From NCBI RefSeq assembly GCF_001194135.2, contig NC_068996.1, positions 2,170,457 through 2,203,444 of the forward strand: a stretch of 32,988 bases of DNA, in the 5' to 3' direction. The notes below the pieces were generated by a model that had not been told where the DNA came from, did no database searches, and saw nothing but the letters and a program-made list of their open reading frames with translations. Shown here piece after piece: positions 1 to 12,640 of the stretch. The position numbers were made by a program, and so were the translations under genes. Source of the stretch: Octopus bimaculoides. Its lineage: Eukaryota. Each line of letters begins with the position of its first letter. Within the stretch, counting starts at the first letter, position 1.

Positions 1-97
<97 letters not shown>

Positions 98-115
98 GGA
101 TAGATAGATAGATAT

Positions 116-193
<78 letters not shown>
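1..193. repeat. (GATA)n microsatellite
   Basis: Near-perfect TAGA/GATA tandem array running off the window start. Confidence 0.98.
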
Positions 194-1474
194 GTATAAT
201 TTCCAGGAGATGCTCACCCTGTTCTGAGGATTCTCTGCCTACTCTGTCGACAAATGAGAAGATCATTAATAAAATTTATGAAATACTCTCAAGATGTCTA
301 CAGGCATATAAATGTACTTCCGCACAATGCAGTGGGAATGAATTTGAGTAACTGTTAACATAATTTACTTTAAGGTATGGGTGAATTCAGTTTAGCTTTA
401 ACTTCCCCATTCTTATAAACACCAAGTAGCGATTTAAAACTCTCTTCATGATCGTGAGAGCATCAAACCACAGGTGTGCGTATGCTTACATTTTTGTGGA
501 TGCTTGTATGAGCGAGGGTACATGCGCCATGCAGCTTTCGTGTGGGAGTTTATGCATCCATATTTGTTTACGATTATTTTAAATACTTTTCTCGGTGGAT
601 TGCCTCTTCGTTTCTCTTTTGCATCTGTGATTTTATTTTTGATCTATGTAAATGGAGATATTTCATTTGTTTTCCTCCTTTTCGTTTTACGAAATGAGAA
701 AATACATTGCAGAATTGCTATTTTAACGAGTTGTGTTTGTTTATCACCCGACGAGACACATCTGCACCACCGGATGTTCCCGAACAAGTTAAGTGTCCTA
801 CTTGAGAGGGATCGATGGTAGATGTGTTGAAACAATTGTATTGTGGTGATTAATAATAAATTCTCGTATATTCCATCTTATGTCTTTCATTTATCATATA
901 CATATGTGTGTGTGTGTGTGTGTGTGTGTGTNNNNNNNNNNNNNNNNNNNNNNNNNNNNNNNNNNNNNNNNNNNNNNNNNNNNNNNNNNNNNNNNNNNNN
1001 NNNNNNNNNNNNNNNNNNNNNNNNNNNNNNNNNNNNNNNNNNNNNNNNNNNNNNNNNNNNNNNNNNNNNNNNNNNNNNNNNNNNNNNNNNNNNNNNNNNN
1101 NNNNNNNNNNNNNNNNNNNNNNNNNNNNNNNNNNNNNNNNNNNNNNNNNNNNNNNNNNNNNNNNNNNNNNNNNNNNNNNNNNNNNNNNNNNNNNNNNNNN
1201 NNNNNNNNNNNNNNNNNNNNNNNNNNNNNNNNNNNNNNNNNNTATATATACATGCACGCAACATCAGGTGTAGTGATGTGACTGCTGAATATTCCAGCTT
1301 CAATTTTATAATTTAATTTTTTTTTTCATATTTTCATGTTATGTTCCATGTAATTTGTTTAATATAATAAAAATTCGGAATCCCACATCAACCTTTTCTT
1401 TTTTTTTTTTGCCCTTCATATACTCATCTTGACATGAAGTGATCATTCCATTTGTTCTTACCTATTTATTGCAG

Positions 1475-1566
1475 GGAAAATCAGTGTGATTGTCGTGGGC
1501 ACTCTGCCTGAATTTGAAAAAATTGCAAATTCCATTATTAAGACGTTTATTATCGATTATTTCAGT
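1475..1566 (+). CDS. Candidate internal host coding exon, 92 nt, product unknown
   Basis: Acceptor cctatttattgcag| at 1474 and donor |gtatgt at 1567. The phase-1 frame is open and non-repetitive: (xG)KISVIVVGTLPEFEKIANSIIKTFIIDYFS. No homology confirmed. Confidence 0.35.
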
Positions 1567-2828
1567 GTATGTGTGTGTTTATTCGTTTTGTGCAGTGGTA
1601 TGGATATTGTTTACGTTATTAAACTCGGTTTCAGTTGAGACTTCTTTACAGTATAGACGTGCTGTCAACTAATACTTACTTACATTGGTTTGCTTTGCGT
1701 TGTACTTGCCGCACATTAGTATTGATTTTTATAGTAGGATATAAAAAGCTACCTAGAAGGCATCATACTTGCCTAGTTAATATAAATGTGGAACTCTTGA
1801 ACTCCGTAAATTCCATATTTGTAATCAAGATTACGAAATACATGGATTTCAAATATTTTCTTTACGGATTACATTAAATAAAATTTCGTTATTAAAAATA
1901 TGTATTGTTTTATATTATTGGAGGTTAGGCTGGAATAGGTATGACGCTTTCTTGTATTGTTTCATGATGCTTTTTAGGTGTTAAACAAAGGCCAAAATAA
2001 TGTCAATCTAAAAACTGTGATGTAGAAATATTAATGATGATTTTGGGAAATATATAAAAAATTAAAAATATATTGTAAATGCAATTAAATTAGAGCACAG
2101 CCATGTCTTCAGTATAAGATAAGCCTTAAATATTAATATGTATACATAAATACACACACATATACATACATATATACGTATAAATATAAATATATATGCG
2201 TGGATGTATGAGCATGTGCGTTGCTTTAGTCAAAATATGCGTTTAGAAACATCATAAATTTTATATAATTTCTTTTAATGTATCCACTGTGACACGAATT
2301 ATTTATCTCGAAGAAAATACTTTATGCAAAGAAAAGTGTGGGTAACTCCGTCACTGCCCTTGACCATCACAGAATCATATTAAATTAAGTATCTACAATG
2401 ATACACGGCTTCATAGTCCTCACACTACTCAATGTAAAGTATTATACAAGCACACGCAATCACACACACACAATAAACTTGATGCGGAAACATCGTGATA
2501 TTGCTTACTGGAACTGGACGTTGCACCTGGTGTATAGCTGTGCTTACTACATTTGCTTTTATATGTATAAATTTATATATGAATGTGTATATGTGAGTAT
2601 ATATATAGCGTATATTTCATATACGTATGTTCACATAAACACATTCACACATTTGATACGTATATACATATAACCGCTATAGCTGAAACTGAAGGAAGAT
2701 CAAGTTATCGTTTTGTCACTTCTACACATTCTTTCCACTGTAGAACAAAGAATATATACACCATATCAGTTATAATTTATAATTTCTAGTTCAAATTTAA
2801 ATTTATAATCTAACATATTATATAACTG

Positions 2829-2969
<141 letters not shown>

Positions 2970-3954
2970 CGTTGTACATGTTAGATTATAAGATTATAAA
3001 TATGTTAGATGATATATATATATATAATACAAATATTTATATGCGTGCATGTGTGTGTATACCTATACGTTCATATTTGTGTGCATGTATATGTATGCAT
3101 CTTTGCTTTTGTCATATACACTTGATTGCGTCGGTGTGTTCGAGGTGGGTGTTTTTGCTTTCATTCTCTCTAATTTCTGTGATCCTTATGTTCTGTGATC
3201 CTTTCTCGTCCTCAGTATATTACCTCTCTCAACATTTCTCCACATGTATATATATATATATATATATNNNNNNNNNNNNNNNNNNNNNNNNNNNNNNNNN
3301 NNNNNNNNNNNNNNNNNNNNNNNNNNNNNNNNNNNNNNNNNNNNNNNNNNNNNNNNNNNNNNNNNNNNNNNNNNNNNNNNNNNNNNNNNNNNNNNNNNNN
3401 NNNNNNNNNNNNNNNNNNNNNNNNNNNNNNNNNNNNNNNAGTATCAAATTAAGGAAAGGAATTCCTTCATTAGATTGTCAACTGAATCTTTCTATTTAAT
3501 TTATTGTATATATATATATTTACTTCGATCGGTTAATGCAGCTGTTGCATAAGTGAGGCTGAATTTCTCTATTTATTTTTCTGTAATACGCTATTCTAAT
3601 ATATTCTAATATAAATGCGTCCTCATTATTAAATAATGATGATTTTTCAACACATAGACCTTATCTCTTTCGTGGACGAGAATTTAAAACTCATCAAACA
3701 AACGATTTGAGTAGATAGTTTATATTTCTCTACCAACTTGCATGCATATATTCCTGCTTGTTGCTCCTGCTGAAACTGTAAAGGTCATAGAAGACAGACT
3801 AACCTTCTCCAAACTAAAACATGGAGATAATATTGAAACAGAATTAAAAAGTTTGGATAAAAATTATTAAATTTGAAGTCATGTCTGCTGTGTGTGCGTG
3901 TATAAGTGTGTGTTCGTGAATATTATATCAGTTATAGAATTATAGATAGAGTTA

Positions 3955-4290
3955 TACTCAAGTATTGTTATACCAACAGCCATCTACGAGTCTGAAACCT
4001 GGGCATGTCTTTCCGGAACAGTGTGAGAAACAAAAGAGTTACGAAAATGGAATGCATGAGATGTTTGTAGGATATAGTGAATAAGCGACGAATGCGATTT
4101 AGTGGTTGCGGTTACTGCAGGAGGGACATGCTACTATCCTGATGGTGTAGACGCCGGATTGAGGAAAGAGACCCAGTACGTTCCGAGACATGATAGTGAT
4201 GGGGGTTGAGATGAGTGGAGCCAAAAAGGAGGTGACCAATCAGGATGATTAGAGAAGGATTGATGCCCGTTGTGTTGACAGTACTAAAGG
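3955..4290 (+). mobile_element. Decayed RTE-like LINE fragment (C-terminal end of RT ORF)
   Basis: 3955-4002 translates YSSIVIPTAIYESETW, matching the post-RT motif ...VIPTLLYGSETW. It is followed by a degenerate MECMRCL (FEMxCLR-like) segment and RRMRF. Frameshifted. Confidence 0.7.
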
Positions 4291-4294
4291 TTCT

Positions 4295-4530
4295 AATAGC
4301 TGAAAGATATATGTATGCAAGTGTGTCTATGTATGCATGTGTGTATGTATTCAAACATGTACGTATGCATGTATGTATGTTTGTACGTATGTATGTATGT
4401 ATGTATGTATGCATGTATGTATGCATGTATTATGCATGCCTGCATATATGCTTGTTATATATGTACATATATATGTATAATGAATATGTGTGTTTGTGTA
4501 TGGATATGTGTATGCGTATTATGTATACAT
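4295..4530. repeat. Degenerate (TATG)n/(TG)n microsatellite
   Basis: Visible tetranucleotide-like array; source of spurious ORFs. Confidence 0.9.
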
Positions 4531-5640
4531 TTTACGTTATATGTAGCGACATATCAAAACCAATATTTGTTTTGTTTTTTTTAATCTTTCAGTGACTAAT
4601 ATCCGGCATTTTCGCAAAAAAGAAATCGTTTTTTGTTGATGTTGTTAATGATGATTACGATGCTTATGTTGCTACTTCTTACATTTTTTAAATTTTATTT
4701 CTGATAACAGGAATTAAAAATGTATTTAATTTATTAATTAAATTCCAGGTTTGATTAAATGCCAACATTAAATGGCATCCATTAGTTCTCCTTTCCAATC
4801 TATAAAGTATTCCTTTTTAAAAAGGTCTCACATTAAGCACTGTTATCAGCATCGTCATTATTTATATAATGATTTCTTTTAGATGGGCAAAAGACCAAAT
4901 TTTGAAAGACAAATCTGTAATGGGTTGCACTAACCTCAGTATTATGTTATTAGTACTGAGTTTCTTGTCCTCACAAGAATGAAATTTAAATTGGACACCG
5001 ATATCCTGATAGTTCAACCATACACGAACGAAAATAGATGTTTTAATACATGATTGTTTCAATAATATCAAATAATGATTCCTCGTTATGACAACTGATA
5101 CAATTTGTAATTTTTGTTGGGATGCATAATCGATTTGTTCAATTCAATATATTTTTAATAGCTTTTCATCAATCCTGAAACGATAAAAAGCAAAATATAT
5201 AGCAGCGATTTATTACCATAGAACGTGGAAAAAAAGGAAATCCTGTTCTGAGTTCACCTTTCTTAATACAAAGAAAATAAACAGAAACAACCAATGATTT
5301 CTCAAACTTAGAAACACAGTCACAAATTATCAATCATAAATGTATGGAAGCAATGTCGAACACTGCATGATATGAGCTCATAGCTTAAGTGAATACAAAT
5401 AAACAGTATTCTGCCTAATTACAAACATTTTGTAACAATGAGTTACAAGAAACATTGAGGGTAAATTTATTTAGTGTTATACAAGAGGTTAATTAATATT
5501 TACTCTGCTAAAAGCCATAAAAAGAACTGAAACATGTGTTTAATCACTTTAAAAAATGATTGATAAAGCACGGTACAGTCGTTGAAAACCTGCTTTTTGC
5601 CGATGCAATACTTTTGAATTTTTGTTTTTCCATTTTGCAG

Positions 5641-5661
5641 TTCCTCTTGGTTCCTCTTGGT
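5641..5661 (+). other. Candidate 21-nt microexon
   Basis: tttttgtttttccattttgcag|TTCCTCTTGGTTCCTCTTGGT|gtaagt. Strong acceptor, perfect intronic donor hexamer, length a multiple of 3, no stop in any frame. Confidence 0.35.
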
Positions 5662-5937
5662 GTAAGTGCGACATCATTGGATATGAGGCTACACACATAT
5701 TTAGAACATATTAGAACCTCTAATGTTACTCGAGGACACAGGATATTTTATCTCAGTTTATACAGGTATCAGAAATAGATACCAGATCAATCTGGGAATA
5801 ATCCGTGCTCTCCGACTATTCTATTTCATTTGAAGAAACCGAAATTAAAAACAATATGCTTTGGTACTCAGGAAATTTCTTTACCTTATTCATAACTTAC
5901 ACATTATGAAAACTCCTTATACTGACAAGTTAAATTC

Positions 5938-6339
5938 AGGCACAGAAATGGCTGTGTGGTAAGAAGCATGCTTCCTAACCACATGGTTCACGGTTCATTC
6001 CCACTGCGTGGCACCTTGGGCAAGTTTCTTCTACTATAGCCTCGGACCGACTAAATACGTGTGAATGGATTTAGTAGACGGAAACTGAAATAAGTCCTTC
6101 GTATATATATATATAGGTATATATTTGTGTGTGTCTGTATTCGTACCACCACTATTGCTTGACAACCGATGTTGGTGTGTTTACGTCCCCGTAACTTAAC
6201 GGTTCCGCAAAAGAGACCGATAGAATAAGTACTAAGATTACAAGGAATAGGCCAGGGGTCGATTTGTTCGACTAAAGGCACTGCTCCAGCATGGTCGCAA
6301 TCAAATGACTGAAAGAAGTAAATGAATAAAAGAATAAAA
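5938..6339 (+). mobile_element. Near full-length tRNA-derived SINE (family A)
   Basis: Head ggcacagaaatggctgtgtggtaagaagc, B-box-like ggttcattccc, CORE-like ccttgggcaagt, internal TA/TG repeat and purine-rich tail gaataaaagaataaaa. Homologous pieces occur at 22306, 24020, 26030 and 29590. Confidence 0.9.
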
Positions 6340-7809
6340 CAGTGACTTGATTCTGCTGCAGTTATGATCGTCTTATCTTTTCAGTCTAAATCATTCAATG
6401 CATAATTACCATTTCTAAGACATTTGGATGTCACTTTCAGAATAATGTTGCCTGCTATTTCCAGCAGGTCAACTGACTAGGCAGAAGCTTCGTCAAGAAT
6501 TTTGTTGTATCTGTTATTGACAGAATGCAACAAACCGTCAGGATATGAAGAGTTGTTCATCCAGTATTCTGTCTGATCGACCACATGTAGCGTACTTTTG
6601 CTTTTGCTGCCTAGAATTATCAACAATCACAATAATGATAATAATAAAAATTCTATCATCGTCTTTTCCAAAAGTATTTCTAACGTAAGTGCTGCGAAAT
6701 GGGAAATCAGTTTCTGAAACGACACAAAGAGACCAGCTCTTGCATACTTTATACGCTGTTGCACTCATTAAAATAAACTGCTTTCCCTTCATCAAACTTT
6801 CATTAGCTTTATCATCTAGAAGCTAAGAAACAGTCACGATATTGATTAACTTCAGCTCAGCACCGATAAAATACCCTTGACGAAACGAATGAGCATCGCA
6901 CACAATGCACACAATCTCATTTACTTCTGTATAAATTTGTGTTTGTGTCAAACTGATAAATCATTGTTAAATCTTCGATAACGAACCAGTGAAATGCTAG
7001 AATCGGTTGAGGGTCGGACAAAATAAAAGCTTTACAGAATTTACTTTAATCCTTTATGATTTATTTTCAAAACTCACCAGGGATTATCTACGTTCTACGT
7101 TCTTCCAAAATCCAAAAATAAATATGTCATGTGATAGAGCCTATCTTTGCCATTTTTTGTTTGTTTGTTTTTTTACAACAGTAATGCAAAGGAACCAGCC
7201 AAATAACCTCTATATTGGTGATTTGACCCACTAGATAAAGCAGTGAAATCTACCTTATCTATGTAATGCTATCTTAAATAAGGACACACGGACAAATCAA
7301 CTGAGGATATACAAAAACGGTGGCATGGTAGCAAGTTAATCTACCTTTACTAGGAGTACGGTTGACTGAGAGTAACCTGAAGTCATTGACAAACAACAAA
7401 GATAATTTTGCTTTTTATGGAATATTTTTGCGTTCTTTAAGGGTACATCCAAAACCTATTATTACTACACAGTTTTACTACAATTTTGTGGTTTTGGGTT
7501 AATGCCTAAACTTATAATTATGTATTAGATTTTACATATCCAAAACGGCAAATAGATTGCTGACAATGACAAAAAATAAGGATTATAAAAGAAAGCTTCC
7601 AGTGGGCCTTTATAAATTCCCCCAAATACTCTGGTGGAATTTTAATCAGAAATTAAATGTAAAAAATGTATTCATTTTGCAAGATTCTTGATGTGAAATC
7701 GAGTGTTGAAAAATTTATTGTTATACTCGAGGATGGTCATAAGTTTGGTCTTTACTTCAGCTTTTTTTTTCATTAGACTCTTCATCCCACATGTCGCCTC
7801 TTCTTTTGG

Positions 7810-8019
7810 TGGTAATGGTGGTGGTGGTGGTGGTGGTGGTGGTGGTGGTGGTGGTAGTGGTGGATGTCAGTGGGGGATGGATGGGGGTGGTGANNNNNNN
7901 NNNGTGGTGGTGGTGGTGGTGGTGGTGGTAGTGGTGGATGTCAGTGGGGGATGGATGGGGGTGGTGATGGATGGATGGGGGTGGTGATGGTGGTGGTAGT
8001 GGTTGTGGATGGTCGTGGT
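7810..8019. repeat. (GGT)n/(GAT)-mixed microsatellite with a 10-N gap
   Basis: Visible trinucleotide array. Confidence 0.93.
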
Positions 8020-9228
8020 GTATTCGAGTGGTTCCAAGGAGTGCTGTTTTCGGCAAGTGCTCCACCCTTATTGCAGCCCCTATTTATTTCATGTATTTCT
8101 CAAGATTTTTGCTCACTGTTCCCAGGGCTCCGACAATTGATGGTACTACTGCTACCTTTTTCATCGACCACAACTGCTTAACTTCCCAAGCTAACCTGTC
8201 ATATCTCTCGACTTTTTTTTCTTCTTTATCGTAAACCTTGTTGTCAGCTGGGTTTGCTATATTTATGATCCAGTATAGTTTGTTTTCTTTCTCAATTAAC
8301 ACTATGTCCGATTTCCTATTCTCTATCTCATGGTTGCACTGAATCATAAAATCCCATAGGATCTTTGTATTTCTATTTTTGAGGATGTCTTCAGGTTTGT
8401 GTCGAACGAAAGTTTTGCTCTGTCAAGTCTATACTTGTTGCAAAGTGTCCAATGGACAAGCCTGACAATATTGTCGTGGCGTCTCTTATGTTCCTTCTGA
8501 GTTAGTGGCGTAAATTGACTGATAATATGCCATATGGTTTCACTGTTTTATCCACAAATTTTGCATTTATCACTTTCTGATGTGTTGTCTATTCTGTATT
8601 TTATGTACTTGGTTCTTAAAGCTTGCTCTTCGGCAGCACATATTAGAGCCCCCGTTTCTGGTTTTAAATCACTTTTAGTCATTCATCGCCATCTTTTTCT
8701 CTGTCTGCCTTATCTTCAACATCCCTATGAAATTGCCCATGCATTCTTTTTTTATCCACCTATTTTCAGTTTCATTCATTCTCAAGTGCTTGTACAGTGC
8801 TTTATCTTTGAAATCTTTCATCCTACACAAGCCTGACCTTCTTACTTCCAATAATAGTGGTTCTGTGGCATTTTTTACATACCATGCTATGTTGTTTACT
8901 TCTGCTCTAATGCTGTGTTCGCATCCAATAAGTCCTCTTCCCCCCTCATCTTTTTGTTACATACAGACTGTCTGTGTCACTTTTGGGGTGGAGTGACCAA
9001 TATCTAGTTAGCAACTTCCTTGTCTTTCTGTCTAAGCTGTTTAGTTCGTCTGCTGTCCATGCGATTACCCCTGCCCCATATCTAAGGAGTGAAACCGCCC
9101 AAGTGTTGATAGCTTCGATCTTATTCTGTCCACTTAATTTCGACTTGAGGATCAGTCTCAGTCTGCACAAGTACTCCACCTTAGATTTTTCTGTCATTTC
9201 TTTCTTTCTCCATCAATTTATCCATTTA
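8020..9228 (-). mobile_element. 5'-truncated, decayed R4/Dong-like non-LTR retrotransposon (post-RT region, zinc knuckle, restriction-like endonuclease)
   Basis: Minus-strand translation: NKIEAINTWAVSLLRYGAGVIAWTADELNSLDRKTRKLL..LHPKSDTDSLYVTKR*GGRGL; AAEEQALRTKYIKYRID..CKICG*NSETIWHIISQF (CCHC remnant); RRHDNIVRLVHW; NRKSDIVLIEK..IINIANPAD..KVERY (PD-(D/E)xK RLE); VGALG; KTALLGTTRI. Several stops and frameshifts. Confidence 0.9.
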
Positions 9229-9697
9229 TATTCTTCTTCTTCTTCTTCTTCTTCTTCTTCTTCTTCTTCTTCTTCTTCTTCTTCTTCTCCTTTTTTTTCT
9301 TCTTCTTCTTCTTCTTCTTCTCTTTCTTCTTCTTCTTCTTCTTCTTCTTCTTTTTCTTCTTTCTTCTTCTTCTTCTTTCTTCTTCTTCTTCTTCTTTCTT
9401 CTTCTTCTTCTTCTTCTTCTTTCTTCTCCTCCTCCTCCTCCTCCTTCTTCTTTTTCATCTTTTTTCTTCTTCTTTTTCTTCTTCTTCTTCTTCTTCTTCT
9501 TGTTCTCCTTTTTTCTTCTTATTCTTCTTCTTCTTCTCCTTTTCTTCTTCTTCTTCTTCTTCTTCTTCTTCTTCTTCTTCTTCTTCTTCTTCTTCTTCTT
9601 CTTCTTCTTCTCCTTTTCTTCTTCTTCTTCTTCTTCTTCTTCTTCTTCTTCTTCTTCTTCTTCTGCTGTTTCTTTTTTCTTCTGCTGTTTCTTTTTT

Positions 9698-9729
<32 letters not shown>

Positions 9730-9730
9730 A
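9229..9730. repeat. Long (TTC)n microsatellite grading into (CTG/TTG)n
   Basis: About 500 bp trinucleotide array; source of the poly-E/K/S/F ORFs. Confidence 0.97.
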
Positions 9731-11854
9731 TTCCTAACGACTAAAGTTAAAATGAAAGGAGGAAAAGGACAGATACAACCAGTATAGCACATAAAGCTAT
9801 TTTAACACACAAAAGGCACACATATACACACTAGAGAGGGAATGAAATAAAAAACAAATAAATAAGTAAATAAAGGAAAAAAATAAAATAATTGAGTAAA
9901 AGATAAGGGTACAAACAATGCAGTAAGCAAACTCTTACCAGCACGCAATATATACATACCAAGGACATAAACATGTGCTCACATACACATACATACAAAC
10001 GCAAATGCATGCGCAAATAAGCATAGATAGCACAGAAAGACAAAAATGGACTAAAAACATTAAGAAGAAGCACATGGGATAGAGAATCGCTGAAGACGTC
10101 ATAGGATATATGATGAAAGAGCTTTGACGAAGAAACAAAAAGCTGAACTGAAAACCAAATATATGGTGCGTGTATTTAATTGGTTTGACATAGTTATCCA
10201 CAAGTATAAGAATAACTCTTTCAACACATGGTTTCATATCATGAATCTTGCGAAACAATTACATAAACCTGTATGTGTGTGTATGTTTGTGTGTCAGTAT
10301 GTCTGTGCGCGCGTGTGTGTGTGTGTGTGCCAATTAAACACATGCGCTGTATACTTGGTCTTCACTTCAGATTTATTAACAATATTGCAGAATATTTCTA
10401 CCCAGCACCTTTTTAACAATGTCTAATCATGGCTACGCAAAGTAGAAATTTCTCGCATTTACTGCTTGTTCTGTTTTCATCTTCAAAATAGAGAATTCGA
10501 CAAAATTCCTCCGCACCTTTCTCTTTACGTTCATACACTAACACAACTAAGCGACCACAAATAGCCTCTTCGTATGGTTCCTTGATATGCAATTAATACC
10601 AGCTAAATTTGCATCAAATCACACCCTATCTCTTAAAAAGGAACATCGCTTCAGATGATATACTTTAAGATAAGGCATAATAGAAAACCTAATGGGTGGT
10701 AATTGATGGAACTCCATTGGTGATCTTAAAAATGATGGAAGCAGCTGTTAATAAACTTCTATTCCAATGACTTGAGTATCTTTCCTTCTCTAGTAACTTC
10801 TAGTACATATTTCGTTGAGTATTATCTCCAAGAAATCTGTTTTAATGTTTGCACTTTTAAACCATAAAACAAAATTACACGCATGCATTGAATTACACTT
10901 TTAATAGTATAGTATTAGAGTTGATATACTAGAAGCGTATTTCAACCATCATAACCTGTATATGGTCTCTATCCAAGCTCACTCCAAACATCAGTTTCTC
11001 TTGTCAGTCATAATATTTTACCTTTTTGCATTAACCACTTTCTCGATTCTATCTTCCCACAGAGTGTTAGTCCACTGAAATTCCTTCCAAGAGCATTTAT
11101 TTCTTGAAGACTTCGACTTGCACTTTTTAAATCCGACACTACGAACACAATCCTAATCGATCTGAAAGTCCAATGATTTGTTATCTGCATGTGTGTGTGC
11201 ACATGTGTGTGTGTATGTGTGTGTGTGTGTGTGTGTGTGTCTGTATGGCGGGGATGCAACTGTTTATAAGTATACTACCGATTACTGGATCAGCCGGTGC
11301 ATTACTTCGTTTACTGCCTTTTCTTCTTTTAATTGACCATTATTATGTGAAAAAACTTAAATTTACTGGAAGCAACATTAATTTCTTACTAACAATACTA
11401 CACAATTAAGTGGCTTTTTTTTTTATTCATTAGTAACATACCATGAAGGCGGAAACATTTTCCTTATCCCTAACTAAAATAATACAGATACATCGATTTT
11501 CTGGATTACGATTCCTCCAGACAAGTTGTAGTCACCTCTAAGTTAAATAAATATTAGAGTTGCCTAAATAATTAAATGAAATACAGATACCTTTAAATTA
11601 GTATAAAGATACAAGTTTATTAATAATACTCTACTGTGCAAGGAACTGTGAAACAGTGCTGCCCAGTAAACTAGTGTAGTGTCCACTAAAGTTGAAGTTC
11701 CTGCCCGATAATCAAGGCGGATAATAAGAGGTTTCGGACCACTAGTGTTAGGAAAATCCGTAGTGTACCTGTCAAAAAGATGCAGGTGTTAAAAATTTAA
11801 TTCAACTCTTCTACTTGTTTCTCTTAATGGCATTTCACCCATTTCGAAGCTGTG

Positions 11855-12003
11855 ATTTTAAATTCTACCTAGGTAAGTCGGCATTGCTTTTCGTCCTTTC
11901 GGAGTCGGTAAGATAAGTGCCGGTTGAACACTGGGGTAGTTGTAATCGCCTTACCCACGCCCTAGAAATTGCTAGCCTTGTGGGAAAATTTGAAATCATT
12001 ATA
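11855..12003 (+). mobile_element. SINE family B, 3' part (degenerate)
   Basis: tcctttcggagtcgg...ctggggtag..gtaatcgccttaccc..gaaattgctagccttgtg matches the reverse complement of 28530-28775 and 32637-32684. Confidence 0.75.
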
Positions 12004-12039
12004 ATTAATTCGTGAAGCTGTCACAACTGTTGGCCTGCA

Positions 12040-12210
12040 GGGGGAAAGGCGTTGCAGCATTTCGTCGTATTTTCGTTAAGAGTTGAAATGCTACCGAGTT
12101 CGACTTTGTCTCAGGGTCGACGATGTAAGTGCCAGTTGGTTACTGGGATGGATGCAATCGACTAGACCCTACCCCGGAGCATCCATACCTTATGTCTAGA
12201 GTAGAAAGAG
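12040..12210 (+). mobile_element. SINE family B copy (degenerate)
   Basis: gagttgaaatgctaccgagttcgactttg..gggtcga..gtgccagttgg..ctggg..atcgactag..tagagtagaaag is homologous to the SINE at 28530-28775. Confidence 0.65.
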
Positions 12211-12477
12211 TCTCTATTATGTTGATTTCAAAAATATTTCCATCTATAGAATACAAAAATTTATGCTGTGAAGGTTTAGTAACAACAAAGTTATAAATAG
12301 TCTTCTAAGAATTTACTCTGAATTATTATTATAGACCTTCTGTTAATCCTGCAAAACAGTTAATCCGGTACAAGCCTAGAACTAAAAGTGCCGGAAAATT
12401 GATGGTGTACCTGTATGTACAAAACAGTTTCTAACGTTAGAGTATCAATGTCTAATATTGTACTATATGTATGTCTC

Positions 12478-12540
12478 AGTATGTCTACACACGCGTACAC
12501 GCACACATATACACACTCACACACACACATACACACACAC

Positions 12541-12592
<52 letters not shown>

Positions 12593-12640
12593 NNNNNNNN
12601 NNNNNNNNNNNNNNNNNNNNNNNNNNNNTATATATATAGT
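12478..12640. repeat. Compound (CA)/(CATA)/(TA) microsatellite with gap
   Basis: Visible arrays. Confidence 0.93.

Noticed and set aside
207-345. Two open frames after ttccag at 206 as a possible exon
   Set aside because: Very short pyrimidine tract next to (GATA)n, no convincing donor and no recognisable protein motif.
4593-4690. Acceptor tttaatctttcag followed by DDYDAYVATS resembling TIR box 1
   Set aside because: All three frames from the acceptor hit early stops; the motif comes from low-complexity gat/gtt repeats.
5938-6010. tRNA gene
   Set aside because: A/B-box-like motifs belong to a SINE head; no cloverleaf could be supported.
6615-6684. AG...GTAAGT-bounded 70-nt segment
   Set aside because: Content is degenerate (AAT)n low complexity; likely chance splice-like signals.
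7855-7967. ~40-bp direct repeat on either side of the 10-N gap
   Set aside because: Probably an unmerged contig overlap.
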